A stretch of DNA of 63,889 bases, counting the filler, from Klebsormidium nitens (taxonomy: Eukaryota; Plantae; Klebsormidiophyceae): NCBI GenBank assembly GCA_000708835.1. It is 6 parts of 6 records of this genome, joined end to end, with 100 filler letters (N's around TTAATTAATTAA, not from the genome) between each part and the next. Parts side by side here need not be neighbours in the genome. Positions count along the whole stretch, not along the records: positions 42,991 to 51,523 come from DF238067.1; positions 51,624 to 62,407 come from DF238145.1; 4 more parts are not named here. One strand, 5' to 3'. Made by a program: the position numbers and the translations under genes. The notes under the pieces were generated by a model, which was given only the letters and a program-made list of their open reading frames with translations, was not told where the DNA came from and made no database searches. This document shows, one piece after another, positions 45,309 to 57,400 of this stretch. Numbering within the stretch: the stretch's first letter is position 1; the number at the start of each line of letters is the position of its first letter.

Positions 45309-45796
45309 CTCTGGACGGGGGACAATGTTTGTCGCGCCGTCAACGAGGCGTCCTTAAGACGCCGTCCTTCAACTGATAGCTCTGGGCTCGGTGCCAGATG
45401 CGATCCTTCTGCTTCGGTGTCACGCCGTTTGCGTACACGCCAGCCTCCAGGTACGCCATTACGGGGGCGTCCTCCCAAATCTCGCGGTCAAATCGGACCG
45501 GCAAGTCAACATCGTCATCGGCGGCCTCACGCAGGGGCGCCACGATCGCAAGTGCTTGCGCGTCTGCAGGGCTTTCTGCCTGCAGCTGTGCAGGGCTTTT
45601 TGCATGCGCGTCGGCAGGAATTTCTTCTGGCGCGTCCGCCAGGCTTCTCTCTGGTGCCTGAATGCCGTCAGGGCTTAGTAGGCGCGTCAACTCTGGGTCC
45701 TCCGGCTCGCTCAGGGTGCCGGCCAGGATGGCAAGGCAGGCTGAAACGGCGAGCAGGTTCAGACCGACGTGGTCCATGCGGGCATCGGTCCAGTCA

Positions 45797-47234
45797 TCAT
45801 TCTCTGGGAGCGGGTTCCTCTGGGAGCCCATATGCATCCAGGTTCTTGACTCCACTGCGGTGTACAATCGTCAGATCGTACTCCTGCAGGATGTTCGCCC
45901 AGCGGGCGTGCATGCCCGTCAACTTCGTGTTCGTCATCAGCCACTGCAACGGCTCGTGGTCTGTGATCAGCGTGAACTGCCTCGCGTAGAGGTACACGCG
46001 GAAGTAGCAAACTCCCCGGACGGCGGCTAAGCACTCTCCATGGTAGCTGGAGTAGTTTCGCTCCGTTCGATTGTTGCCAGTGCTTTGTGACGCGTATGCG
46101 ACCACGCACTCTTTCCCTTCCTCGTCACGCTGTGCGAGAACAGCGCCCTGCCCAGTGGCACTCCAGTCGGTGTACAGCTCAAAGGGTCTGGTGAAGTCGG
46201 GGTGCCGCAAGACGGGCGCTTCAGTCAGCTTGAGCTTAAGCAGCTCGAAAGCTTTCTGCTCGTCAGCAACCCAGTTCCAGACAACGCCGTTCTGAAGCAG
46301 GCAGTTCAGGGGTGCGGCGATGCGCGCATAGTTCGGGACGTATCTTCGGTAGTAACCGCAGGTGCCTAGGAAGGCCCGCAACTCCGAGATGTCCCGAGGC
46401 GGAACCATCCGTACAATGGCTTCCACCTTCACGTCCTGCGGCGCTGTTCCGCCAGGAACGATAAAGTGGCCCAGGTAGGGCACTGTGCGAACGGCCAGCC
46501 GCATCTTCTTCGGGGGGCACTTAATCCGTTTCGCGCGCAGCCGCTAAAAACCGGCGCGCAGATGTATCAGGTGCTCGTCGAACAACTTGCTGTGAATGAT
46601 CACGTCGTCAATGTAACAGCGGCAAAACTCGCGCTGCGCACTTACTGTGGTGTCCATCAGCCTCTGAAAAAAGGCAGAGGCGTTTTTCAGCCCGAAGGGC
46701 ATTACAACCCACTCATACAGGCCGTCGTGGCCCCAAAACGTTGTTTTGCAGATGTCCTCTTCTGCAATGGCCACCTGGTGGTAACCCCAGCGCAGGTCGA
46801 GCGTGGTAAACCACGTCGAACCCGCCAGCTCGTCGGATATCTCCTCTGGAGTCGGCAGCTGGTAGTGGTCAGGGATGCTGACCTTGTTCAGTCCTCGATA
46901 GTCACCGCATGGTCGCTTCAACGTCCAATTCCCGTGCTCATCTTCGAGTCTTCGGCGGCATGGTTGGAGGCGAGGCCCATAGGGACACTGACCAGCGAAT
47001 AAAGCCGCACTTCAGGCGCTCTTCGATCTGGTCCTTTAGAATGTCGTTCACGGCGTAAGCAAGCCGGTACTGGTGTTTGAAAATCGGGGTATCATCCGTA
47101 ACCGGAATCTTGAACTTCTCCCCAATGATTGTGGACATTTCGGACATATCGGCTGCTTGCACGTCACGAAACTCGTCCATCAAGTCCTCAAGAGCTTGCT
47201 TCTGCTCAAGCGTAAGGTCGCCTCGCCCCCACAA
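45797..47234 (-). pseudogene. Reverse transcriptase + RNase H
   Basis: 'WASP', 'CGDYRGLN', 'LDLRWGYHQ', 'MPFGLKNA', 'YIDDVII', 'YLGH', 'FELYTDWS', 'TDHEPL..RW'. Confidence 0.93.
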
Positions 47235-47539
47235 GCCCCAATCGAGCTTCTCGAACTCTATCTCGGACGGCAGTAAGTCCGGGAGGTCCGGGGGATCCCC
47301 CTCTGGCTGCTTCTTGCCAGGAGCTTTATGCGGTGTGCCAATCTGGCCTCTCCCCCCCCAAGCCGCTGCCGGCGGTCGACTCGACGCGGTGCCAGGCGGA
47401 TGTGTCTAAGGCGGGAGTACAACTCTCCGAAACTTCCGCTGCTGGAGAAGACCGGCGCGCACAAATACTGTCGCATGATGCGGCGCCACCAAGTTGGGCT
47501 CTCCTGAAGCATCAGGTGCCATCAGGCCCGACCAGGAAG

Positions 47540-48480
47540 GTCGGGCATGCATGTCCATCGTGCTTCCCAGCAAGCGCCGGCGGTCCGACTTAGTGATTGG
47601 TGGCCCAGTCTGAGTTCTCTTCTCCAGAAAACCCATAGTGCGCTCGCGCTCTAGGGCGGTTGGCTCTTCTTGCTCGCCATTGGCGGCTAAAATCATGCTG
47701 TGTCCCCCGACGCGGTAAGCGTGGGACCCGCGCAGAGAGACGAAAGTGCAAAGAGCCCAAAGTGGCTGTCTTGTCTCATTCACGCGGTGTCGACCCGGCG
47801 CACCAGAGCGCGCCAATGCCAGGTTGCAGAATGTCCTGAACTCGGCGAAAATCGGGGCGCTGCTTGAAGCGCTTCTCAACCATCTCAGTAATGAGCGGGC
47901 TTGGAACTAGGTTGGTCCCCCAGCGACCGTGGTTGTGGTGGGCAAGCGAGCCCGCGGCAACTGCGTCAAACGCAAAGCCTGGTCTAAGGACCCCCTTGAC
48001 GACGTCATTAAACTCGTCGCGAACGTCCGCCTGCGGGTGATCGCTGGCGTCGACGTTTTCAAACAGGTAGGCGCAAGGGCGCGTGGACACTGATCACATT
48101 GTGCACTACCCGAATGGCCTCCGTAAACAGCTTGGTGCGCGGGTCGCGCAACCCTTTGGCCTCGCTGGCCGCTCTCGAAAATCCCTGACACGGAAACCCT
48201 GCCACGATCAAGTCGGGCTTCTCCAGACCTTCGATATGGCCTCGTGTCACATCCTGAATGTTGTCAAGGAGCGCGCCGTGGACGTTTGAGAACGCCTCGG
48301 TGCTCAGCAGGCCGGGGTACATCTCTTGAAGTTTCCCCAGCCGGAATTCGGCCACCTTATGTGCCTTCTTGTCCAGCTCGCAGGCGTAGACCTTCCGAAC
48401 CTTCAGGCCACTGCGCACCAGCGCCTTTGTGGTGGCCATCAGGCCGCTGAATAGCTCAATGACTACCAGTCCTGGTCCAG
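47540..48480 (-). pseudogene. C5 cytosine DNA methyltransferase domain (DNMT3-like) inside the retrotransposon polyprotein
   Basis: Motif I 'VIELFSG', II 'YACELD', IV 'LIVAGFPCQGFS', VI 'YLFENV', VIII-like 'AHHNHGRWGTNL', IX 'ERERTMGF', X 'RRRLLGS'; two frameshifts. Confidence 0.9.
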
Positions 48481-48759
48481 CGACGTCCAGGACGGCCCGT
48501 TTGTCGATCAGGCTCTGGTCCGGGGGTCGGATGTGCTGGAAAGCGGGATTTATGATAGGCCGCAGCGGGCCAGCCGGCATAGCCAACGCGCGCGCCCACT
48601 GCGGTCGAAGCTATCTGTCGTGACTGTCATTAGTTCTGTGTCGTACTGATCAAGTCGGCGTCGAGCTGTCTCAGCTTTCAGACGCGAAATCGGTGTTTTG
48701 ATGTGCAAGGGCATAACCGCCCCAACGTAGCCGCGAAGCACTGCTGTGTAAGCATGCAG

Positions 48760-49200
48760 CGGGGAGCGGCCGTACTCGATCGGGAATTCACACCGAAGGT
48801 AGGCGCTGCGCTCGCTGTCTGTGTTCGCGTCCACATAATACTTCACCCGCCGCTTGCGCGGGTTCGGAATGATGCTGGCCGGTCCCATTACACTCATCCC
48901 GATCAGTGTGTCAGGCAGATCGTGGGATGCGATCACCACGTGTGCCATAACAGTGACTACGTCAGGGGTGCCTGGGTTCAGCTCGAAGCTGACCGGCTCA
49001 AGTGTTCGATCCAAGCGGTCGGACAGCTGTCCTGTTGCACCGTGGATCACAATCGCTCTGCGGCGAATCATGTCAGGGGTAATCCCCATTGCCTTGGCAC
49101 TTGAGGGGCCAGTGATGACGGCCTCAAAACCAGGTTCGGCACCAAGCGCCCGTTCACCAAGAGGGCAGGCTGCGAGCCGGGGTTATCAATGCGCGGTGAC
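48760..49200 (-). pseudogene. Retropepsin-like aspartic protease lacking its D(T/S)G motif
   Basis: 'LLVNGRLVPNLVL' / frameshift / 'EAVITGPSSAKAMGI..DTLIGMSVM'; the catalytic triplet is missing at the frameshift (~49125). Confidence 0.6.
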
Positions 49201-49989
49201 CGGTGGAACCCCGCGGTCGGGTCACTGTGGTACGCCCCTGGCAGCTTCCCTAGGAGCGCTTCAATTGGGGGGTTCTCTGGGTCGTAAATGTTGTTTGCAG
49301 CCGGCTCTGGGGGCGGACCTAAGGCAGCTGGTGCCTGGTCGGCCTCCTGCAGTGCGGGCGCAATGTCCACTGGAGCAGTCGGCCCATAAATGACTCCCTG
49401 TCGGCGTGGATCGTCCGACGGCAGCTTTTGAAAGCCCTGAGGCAGAAGAGAATTCTATGAATAACGAGTATTGAATAACGAGCATAGAATACTCTCCAAT
49501 AGTTATTGCGGTCTCCGTGTTCTGGTAGTCCCCTGGGCTGCGCTCTTAGCAGCGTCTTCTGGTGCAGTTTCTTTCTGCTCTCCCTTTGCCAGCGCGGTAA
49601 CTTCCGGCGCGGCTGTTTGGGCGGAATCTGGCGCTGTGCGCTGCTCAGCTTCGGCTGGCTCGGCAGGCTCAGGTCTAGTCGAACTGGAAGTCCGAATGAA
49701 GTCCTTGGGCAGAAAGCCCAGCGGCATGTCGGCGAGACGGCCGCGACGTCGTTCGTTCTTAGGGGCCTGTCGTGTGAGGCCACTGTGCAGCTTAGGCGCG
49801 GCCTGACGTGAGGCGGCTGGCCTACTGACTGGCTGTTGCTTGCCCGTTCGGGTTGCGGCGCGCGCTAACATCACGCAGGCGCCGTATCCTGTGACGCGTC
49901 CATAGTGGGCGTCCCAGAGCTCCTGAAGGTCCTCAAGTGTGGGCTCGGCCGGGTCCCTGGGCTCGTTCTTCTGAGCGGCCGGGGCCTGC

Positions 49990-50553
49990 TGTGACATATG
50001 GGCTATGGTTAAGTCCAACCAAACATCGTCACCAGTAAGTTAACCTTTGGGTACGCGCATACGCCGGGTTGAGGCGTATGAGCACAGTATTGATGTGACG
50101 CAGTTAATGCAAGTCGATTAATTACGCCACCGAATAGTTCGAAGAGTGCAAGATAGGTATGCTGAGTCATTGATGTGNNNNNNNNNNNNNNNNNNNNATC
50201 TACTATGTGGTCGTAGTATGCAGTCCCAGTAAGTAAGTTGTCCGGGACATGACTGGACGCTGCTAGGAGATGCCTGCGGGCACTCCTCGAAGCAGCCTCT
50301 CCACGATTCAAGACTTGGCTGAACACAAAGTGGAGCAAGACACGAAACCTTGTGGGGATCATTCGAAGTGCGAATTCCCAACCAGCAAGCAGAGCTGTCT
50401 TGAGCCGCCAGAAAGACAACATTTTTTTCAGAGCAAGCGCCACCATCCGAGAATGCCTGCAACCATGGTTTCCGCACATGGCTGCCGTATGTGTGTCTAG
50501 TTATCCCGCCAGCGCTTCGCTTAAGCTGGCCAACCGTCACAGTGGTATCAGAG
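49990..50553 (+). mobile_element. 5' LTR (49990-50541) and tRNA-iMet primer-binding site (50543-50553) of a second LTR retrotransposon nested in gag
   Basis: Perfect inverted termini TGTGAC...GTCACA, followed after 1 nt by TGGTATCAGAG. Confidence 0.82.
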
Positions 50554-50594
50554 TGTAGAGTTCTGGTCTCTTCGCAGAGATTGGAAGTGGGTCC

Positions 50595-51290
50595 ATGTTG
50601 GACGACGAGCGCCTTTCGTCTTACCTCGACAGAATAACGGATCTGTGTTTTAGTATCTCGGAGTTGAGGTTGAAGAAGAGCTCTGAAGGAGAGGTTGCGA
50701 AGCCTTCCACAAGTGTACTCAGCCCGGAGGCACCAGCGTTTACTCCTGCAAGCAAGGGAAAGGAGCAAGCTTTTGGGGATCATGAAAGCAAGTCTTCTGT
50801 TTTGCCATCTGAGAGTGATGAACTTTCCCCTGCTTACAGCCTGGTTGTGTGAAGTAGCTCTCAGAAGGTTTTTGTTACTCTTGTAAGGAGAACTGTAAGG
50901 GCACAGTCTATTGATTCGGCCGAGTCGGCGATCACTATGGCTGCTGCTGCTGGTGCTGCTGCTGCCGCCGCTGGTGCTGCTGCTGTTGCTGCTCCACCGC
51001 CAGTGCTCCTAACTTTGCAAACTGTACGGGTGCTCAGTTTGAGGCTTACTGGCGGGCTCTCGGCACTGATGCTGAGAGGATTGCGGCCGAGACACTGGCT
51101 CTGACGTTTCAGAATGCTCCAGTAACTCTACTTGTGTTGACTCATCAGAACGAGCGCAATGCTAACCGTATTGCACGTCTGAACAATGCGTTGGGTCAAG
51201 CCCAGAAACCAGATCGCTGTTGCGAATGCTAACGCGGTAGCCAGGGCCTCAGCTCCCTCGAAGTTCGAGAACAAGGTACTGGAACGCTAA
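50595..51290 (+). pseudogene. Degenerate gag-like leader ORF of the nested element
   Basis: Downstream of the PBS; poly-Ala (GCT run 50939-50992), coiled-coil-like 'NRIARLNNALGQAQ' and 'PSKFENK' in broken frames. Confidence 0.35.
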
Positions 51291-51623
51291 AACGACCCTT
51301 GGTGGATTCTGGTGGAATTGGGGTCCGTAACGGGTCAAGAAGGTGGTTAAAAAGTCAATGGTTTATGATATATAAGCTATGGGAGTAAGGTTCGATCCAC
51401 TGCTCCATCAATGAAGAACCTTGGGGCCCTAAAACATGAGCAATTAGATAACCTAAACAGTTCCAGCGAAAGCTTTGTATGAAGGTCGTTGGGGCCCTTG
51501 AAACGCAGGCACTTATGCTAATTNNNNNNNNNNNNNNNNNNNNNNNNNNNNNNNNNNNNNNNNNNNNTTAATTAATTAANNNNNNNNNNNNNNNNNNNNN
51601 NNNNNNNNNNNNNNNNNNNNNNN

Positions 51624-53482
51624 CATACGCAGTCTGAATTTTGGCTAGCTCCTCTCGGAGCACGCGCATGATTCGGCCCCCACTCTCATCCTTTGCCCAG
51701 CAGCGGCCGTTCCAATAGTAGGAGCCCGAAGGAGCGAATGCAAACTTCAGTCCGGTTCGGAAGTAGAGCCGCTCGAGAATGATGGCGCACCCCACATCTC
51801 CTGCAAGCATATTGGGTTAGAATGAGCAGGGGGCAGAGACGGAAAAAGATAGGAGAGACGCGAGATAGCTTGCTAATCATAAAGTCACAGTTTTGCGAGC
51901 CCCTACTTTGCACACGACAAGAAAAAACAACTCTCATACAATTGCATCGATGTAATCATCTGCTTAGAACTCCTAACCTTGATGCGGCACACCGAAAGGG
52001 CTGTGCCTCAACGCGATCACAGGGCTAAATCCAACTTATCCGTGGACACAAATATCAACACAAATGGGGTCAATTCTCACAAGCTTCCAGATCAGGACAG
52101 ACTCCTGTCTGCGCTGTTTTCCTGTCTGGTGACTCTGTAAAGTATAATAGCTCAACATATTTACAGGCAGGATTGAATAAAGGCAGGGAGACTTAGACCA
52201 AAACTCCTCAAGGCGTGCAAACACAACCTTGCAGGCAAATGCTTTGACGACTATTAAGGCCCGCATGGTGCTTCGTGCAACTCTAAAAAGGGAGTGACTC
52301 TACACTTTCAATATGGTGAACACCCACAGGCCCGTTTCTCACCTTTCATGATGCTTAGGTTGTCTCGAAGGAATGACAGCGGGAACAACGTCCGGTCCGA
52401 GTACAGATGGTTCCTCTCGCTGTTCAGCGGCTGGCTGTCCCCAAAAGCTGCTGCGATTGGAAGGGGAAGCATGCCCAGACGGATGGCGCTCGTCCGAGAG
52501 GCCGTCTTGCAGCTCTCCCCATAGCACAGGTACGTGATTTCAGCGCCCCGCCGCCAAAGCGCAAAGCTGTTGCTGTCGTGCACGCCCCCGCACGTTGCTG
52601 CAAAGTAGGGGCACGCCTTGCGCTCCCCAGGCGCATTCCTGAAGTCGTAGATGACCCCTGCCCCTGTCGAGGACGGCTTGGCATTGTGGAAGATGGAGGT
52701 GTTGTCGCCCCAGTTCGACAGCAGCGTCTGCAGCGCCCTCACCACCTCTCGCTGGAGACCGGTGGACGCCAAATCCGGCTCAGAGGATGCAGAAGCCGGC
52801 TCAGGCATCTCCCCACCCCTTGCCCTAGCCGAAGCCCCGCCCGCCCGTCTCTCCCGCCCCTCCTTCCGCATCTGCTCGTCCCAAGCCGCCTTCAAGCTCG
52901 TAGATGACGGTTCAGGATGTCAATGAGTCAGCCGGGAAGGGGCCCCCGGTCCGTTATTGGGGGGAGCTCCGACTCGCCGATCACCTCGTACCCCACCCTC
53001 GCACCGGTCCCGTCCACATAGCTGCTACCGGGGGCGATCAAGCAAGAGGCCAGGCCCTTCCCTCTCAGGTCAATTCCCACCTTGGAGACTGCACCATCGC
53101 CTGAATCCACGTAGAGTTTTGAGAAGGTGGTCGGGATGCTCGCAGAAAGGCCGGCTGCCAGGCTCTTGTTGTGGGAGAAGTATAGATGGACCCCCCCGCT
53201 GCCGGTCCGCACGGAGGGCGCGGTGACGGGGCCGTGTGCGTTCTGAAGCGCCTCCCACGCCGCCATTCCACCATCGTGGGTGTCGATGTCCACCCCGAGA
53301 AGGTCGCAGGTGTTGGTGTTGATGGCCAGGCAGTTGTGGTTCTGGCGCACGATGCCGTTGGCGAGCGTGGAGGTCTGCCAGCTGGTGGGAAACTTGAAAC
53401 TCTTCTTGCCCTTCTCACGATCCCACGTGATGTCGACTGAGAAGGCGGGGTATCCAAGCTCCCTCAACCGATCCGCCGCCAT
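51624..53482 (-). pseudogene. Prim-Pol + D5-like gene, copy 3 (partial), with a spliceosomal intron
   Basis: 'NCLAINT..GVDID', 'RTGSGGVHLYF', 'IDLRG', TGA at 52928 where Trp fits, 'HDSNSF..YLCYG..C'. Intron 51801-52342 (AAAG|GTGAGA..tgcAG|GA) joins to 'GDVGCAII..YYWNGRCWAKD'; runs into a gap. Confidence 0.85.
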
Positions 53483-54499
53483 CTGAAAGCAAAGGCGACC
53501 CCGTTAGGCTTGATTTAAAAAAGGCCAGGTTCTGTCACGGACCCAAACGACAAAACAATTCAGGAATTATCCGCAAAGTACTTGTTTCGTTGAGCCTTGT
53601 CGGAGTTTAGTGAACACTATCCGGAACTGTAATTAACGGAAGTTAAGTCAGAGAAAAGTAAGGACTTCCAAGGTGTCCAACTTTGTAGCTGCCTCCAAAC
53701 TTTGCATTAAAATCCGCAAGCAAGCCGTCGAGGGTGACACTGTCAATCTGCTAACGCTCCAGTGCAAGAAACGAGTACGATGTGAAGGTAGATGTACACC
53801 AACCGAAACCTCTTTATTGAACACTGCACACGTTTTGGAAGGGCTGATTCTCAGCTTATTACCCAATGGTCGCTATCAAAACGTGGACAGCAATCAACGT
53901 ATCGAAAAGAGTCTCTAATCTGGCAGCCTTGCAACGACGTTTCAGAGCAGAATATCAATTTCTGTACACATTTTAAAAGGGTGATTAATCAATGAAGGTA
54001 TCGAAACGTGTACATTGACCAACAGGCTTCAAAAGCACTCCGACCTGGCCAGCTATCTCAGTGGCAACAATCTATTGACAACGCTGTGCAATGTCTGCCG
54101 ATTGACAATGTACACATCAATCTTGATGACTTTTGAGCAATGCACACACCGGTGTACATCAACATCAAAGCTTCAAAATCTGGTTTTAAATGCATCAATC
54201 AGCTTTTGACCTCCCCCAGCAACTGCGTATGGAGAGAAGGGTCCGTTCTTTCGTCCTTACCATGGTGGTGAGTGGGGCTGAATCACGGAAAGCGTTGGCG
54301 CTCGTCTCCGCTTCAAAAGACGAGGCCCGGCTCCCCCCTGTTGCATGGCTCGCTTCTACCTAAAAAGGCCAGAAAAAGGGGGTTCACTCTGACAGTAATT
54401 CAGGGGTCGACTCTTGTGTGGCGCCCAGCAATACGGGTACGGCCGGCAAGAACGGATTGTAGACAGCACAGGGAAAAACTGAGTGACTTATATGAATCT

Positions 54500-57400
54500 T
54501 TTCCTGAACTGCTCAACCTGATGAAATTGTGAAATTGCAAAGCTCGACGATATATGAGGCCTTAGGGTAGTAGCATCATGTGGGCTTCTTTCGAGGAAGA
54601 GACAAGTTGAGCAAGAAGAAGCTGGCCGGAACTTGGGCGGTCTTTGTGAGCGCCCCGCCGGAGAAAACTGTTCTGCCTGAAGCAAGCGCAATGTGACGCA
54701 GCCCGCACAGAGTAAAAGGTGTCTGTCATGTCTCTCCTGTCTGCGATGAGCACGAGGGGGTGCGCAATCTTACCTCTTCCACAACGCCGCGCGGAGCCTC
54801 CTCTGCAGCTTCGTTGTTGCTTGAAACGAACCGCCCAGACTCTCCCTCTGCACTGTTGCGGTCCACCTAAAAGAACAGATAGGCAGGGGACGGATGTGAG
54901 AATCACGAGGTTTCGTTCAGCAGCATTTCATGGCCGCAGACGTTTCTCCTGTCTGTCCTGTCTTTCTGTCTGCTCGGCCAAGTTTGCCAGTTGTAGACAA
55001 AGCAAAGGTCGAGAATACGAGCGCAGAAAGAGGCAGCGCGGTTTGCTTTTCTATCAAGCGACTCGTGTGCAGCACATATCTGAGCTCTCTAGAATGCACA
55101 GCTGCAATTTAGACAAAAGCCAGACGAGAAAAGTCTACAAAGGCCACGAAAAGCACACCTCTGCTTGTTCTTGCATGTCGGTCTCCGATTGCCGACCTCT
55201 TGGAGGCTCTTCAATCAAATCGCCCGCTGGCTCTCGAACACCCTGCAAAAGCATAAGCAGGGCTTTAAAGGCTGCAAAAGGACTCCCCTGTGAACCATCC
55301 TGGCTTTTACTCGCTCTCTTGTTTCTTGCTTTCATTTGTTTTCGGTATATTACTCTCACAATTTCTGCTAGATATGACGGAAAGTCAAGTCTACGAAATT
55401 TAGAGACACACGTTTCTTAATTGTTGGTCGAGCAAAGATGGGCCTTCAATAAAAAGACCGCCAAGTGAGGAAGAGCTATCATTGCAACGAGCCCACATTG
55501 AAACAAGAACGAACAGTACGCTAAGAATGAATAGCATAAGAGGAATAGGATAGATTACAACGGATTGTGTGTCTAGAAGAGATAACTACATGGCTGTACA
55601 ACGATTCGTTTATATCACGAGAAAATCTGTGTTTTTCGTGTACAAATTTGTACGGCTGCAACACCAGATTGTGTACATTGAACGAAAAACACTGCGACTT
55701 TGTAGAAATGTACACGAATTGCTCAAAGAGTTGGTGAGAACTTTGGATAGTAGTACGGGAAGTAGTACGGTCCCCATACTACTAGCCATTCGGCAAGAAG
55801 ACCTTGGCGACCTTTGGGGACGGCCAGCCAGCACAAAGACCAAAAAAGATGTTGCTAAAAGCAACTTGGGCTACTCTACGTCTTTGCAGTAGTCTTCACT
55901 CAACATCACACATACGGCTTCGCATTGCACAGCAGTAGAGAGCAGGGGGCATTGCAGCTGCTTCTCACCTGCTCTGACTTCCTCGGAGGATATATTGTGA
56001 TCACGCACTTATCCTTGAACTCGTCCTCCAGCTCCCAACCCAGGTCGCCGTCATCGTCGGGCGGCGGTGGAGGCCCGAACATCTCCCACTCCCGCTGCGA
56101 CTGCCCGTTGGCCTGCTGCAGAGAGGGTTCACGCATCGAGACGTCGACGCCACCCGAGTTTGCGGCATCGCCCCCTGTATCCTCCTCCCTCCGAGGTTCA
56201 TCTGAACTCTGGACACAGCGCTCACCGCTCGCAGCGTCTGCCATGCTGGAAGGGGATCCCGCTGCAACCGGAAGGGGTGTGGGGCTCTCCATCAGAGCAT
56301 CGCTGGGGGGCGCCACTTCCAGCGGTCGCACGGATTGAGAGCCCGCCTCTCAATCCGATCTCGCTGCCTCCTCTGCCCTACGCTTAAGGAGGAAGGCGTC
56401 GAATTGACGTGGGTCGTGGAGGCCATGTAGCCCCCCTTCCTCCAAGCCGCACAATCACAGGCTTAGGACCTTGATGATCACCCTCAAAGACCAAGCTCTA
56501 TGGAAGAAGGCAACCCAGAGTTAGCGTGTCCCTTCCTGCCACCACCTTTCTGCAGGCATCTCTTTGGTATGGAACGCGGGCGCAAGCTGGACGAGGACAC
56601 ATATCTAAAGAGGTGTCGCTTCGTTTCGGGTGTTGTCATGGGAAGCGGTTGGGAACTGAAGCATCACCTAGACCTCCTACAGTTCAATTAAACCTTTTGG
56701 CCTGACAGGCAAGCTCTCTATGCGGAGTTCCACAGAAACAGAGGCTTTGAAGACCCTGAGTGGCCCGTGTACGACTCTCTTGACGGCGCGCTCAGCTTCA
56801 TAAGATTCAACAAGGATGGGAGACAGGTGAGGCAAATGGAGACATCAAAGGCGTTTTACAAGCCAGGCCGGCCGCAGTTGCTTGGGAGGGACGCTCGTAA
56901 GGCGCGGGGTAAGCCTAGAAAGAGGCAAAGGAGTCTTGAGGAGTAGTGCACAGATTCCAAATTTGCTCAAGAAGCCACCGATCAGCAAGCAAGAGTCATA
57001 GAGCTCCCGTCCATAAAAAGATAATCGCACCTGAGATGCACCAAAACTGGTTGCTCGAGGCCGGTCGTTGACCTCCGGGGGCTGGCCAGGAAAAGTAGGG
57101 CAGCTCTGTTCCGTTCCCGCTGCCGCTGGCTCATCGACCGGCATGGGGCTTAGAAGGGTATCGCACGTCGGTGGTTGCTGCAGCGAGCAGACAATATTGG
57201 CGGAGTCAGTTCAAAGACTTTGTAAAGCTGCGCAAGAAAGCATTTTGAAGGCTTGTCAGCTTTATCCAGTACTCAGTCACACAGACATGTGCCTATTGCT
57301 CGAGGAATGCACATGTCTGTAATGTCTGTCACGTCAGACAAGGAAGTTGATGCAATAAGATTCAAGAGAAACGATCTTTGAATGGGCGCTGCTCAACCAC

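Larger units (their letters stand above)
43529..49989 (-). mobile_element. Degenerate Ty3/Gypsy LTR retrotransposon: gag-PR-DNMT-RT-RNaseH-INT-PHD
   Basis: Order RT-RH-INT with YIDD, TDWS, HHCC-like and DDE motifs; polypurine tract (plus-strand ctccccccca, 43951-43960); many stops and frameshifts; gag cut at 49990 by another LTR. Confidence 0.92.

Noticed and set aside
44838-45989. Long antisense ORFs (also 1985-2671, 30074-30814, 41572-42465, 8335-8814)
   Set aside because: Shadow frames of GC-rich or repetitive genuine genes on the opposite strand.
53533-53739. Solo LTR bounded by TGTCAC...GTGACA
   Set aside because: Flanks (ggttc / ctgtc) give no target-site duplication, and no second copy is in view.
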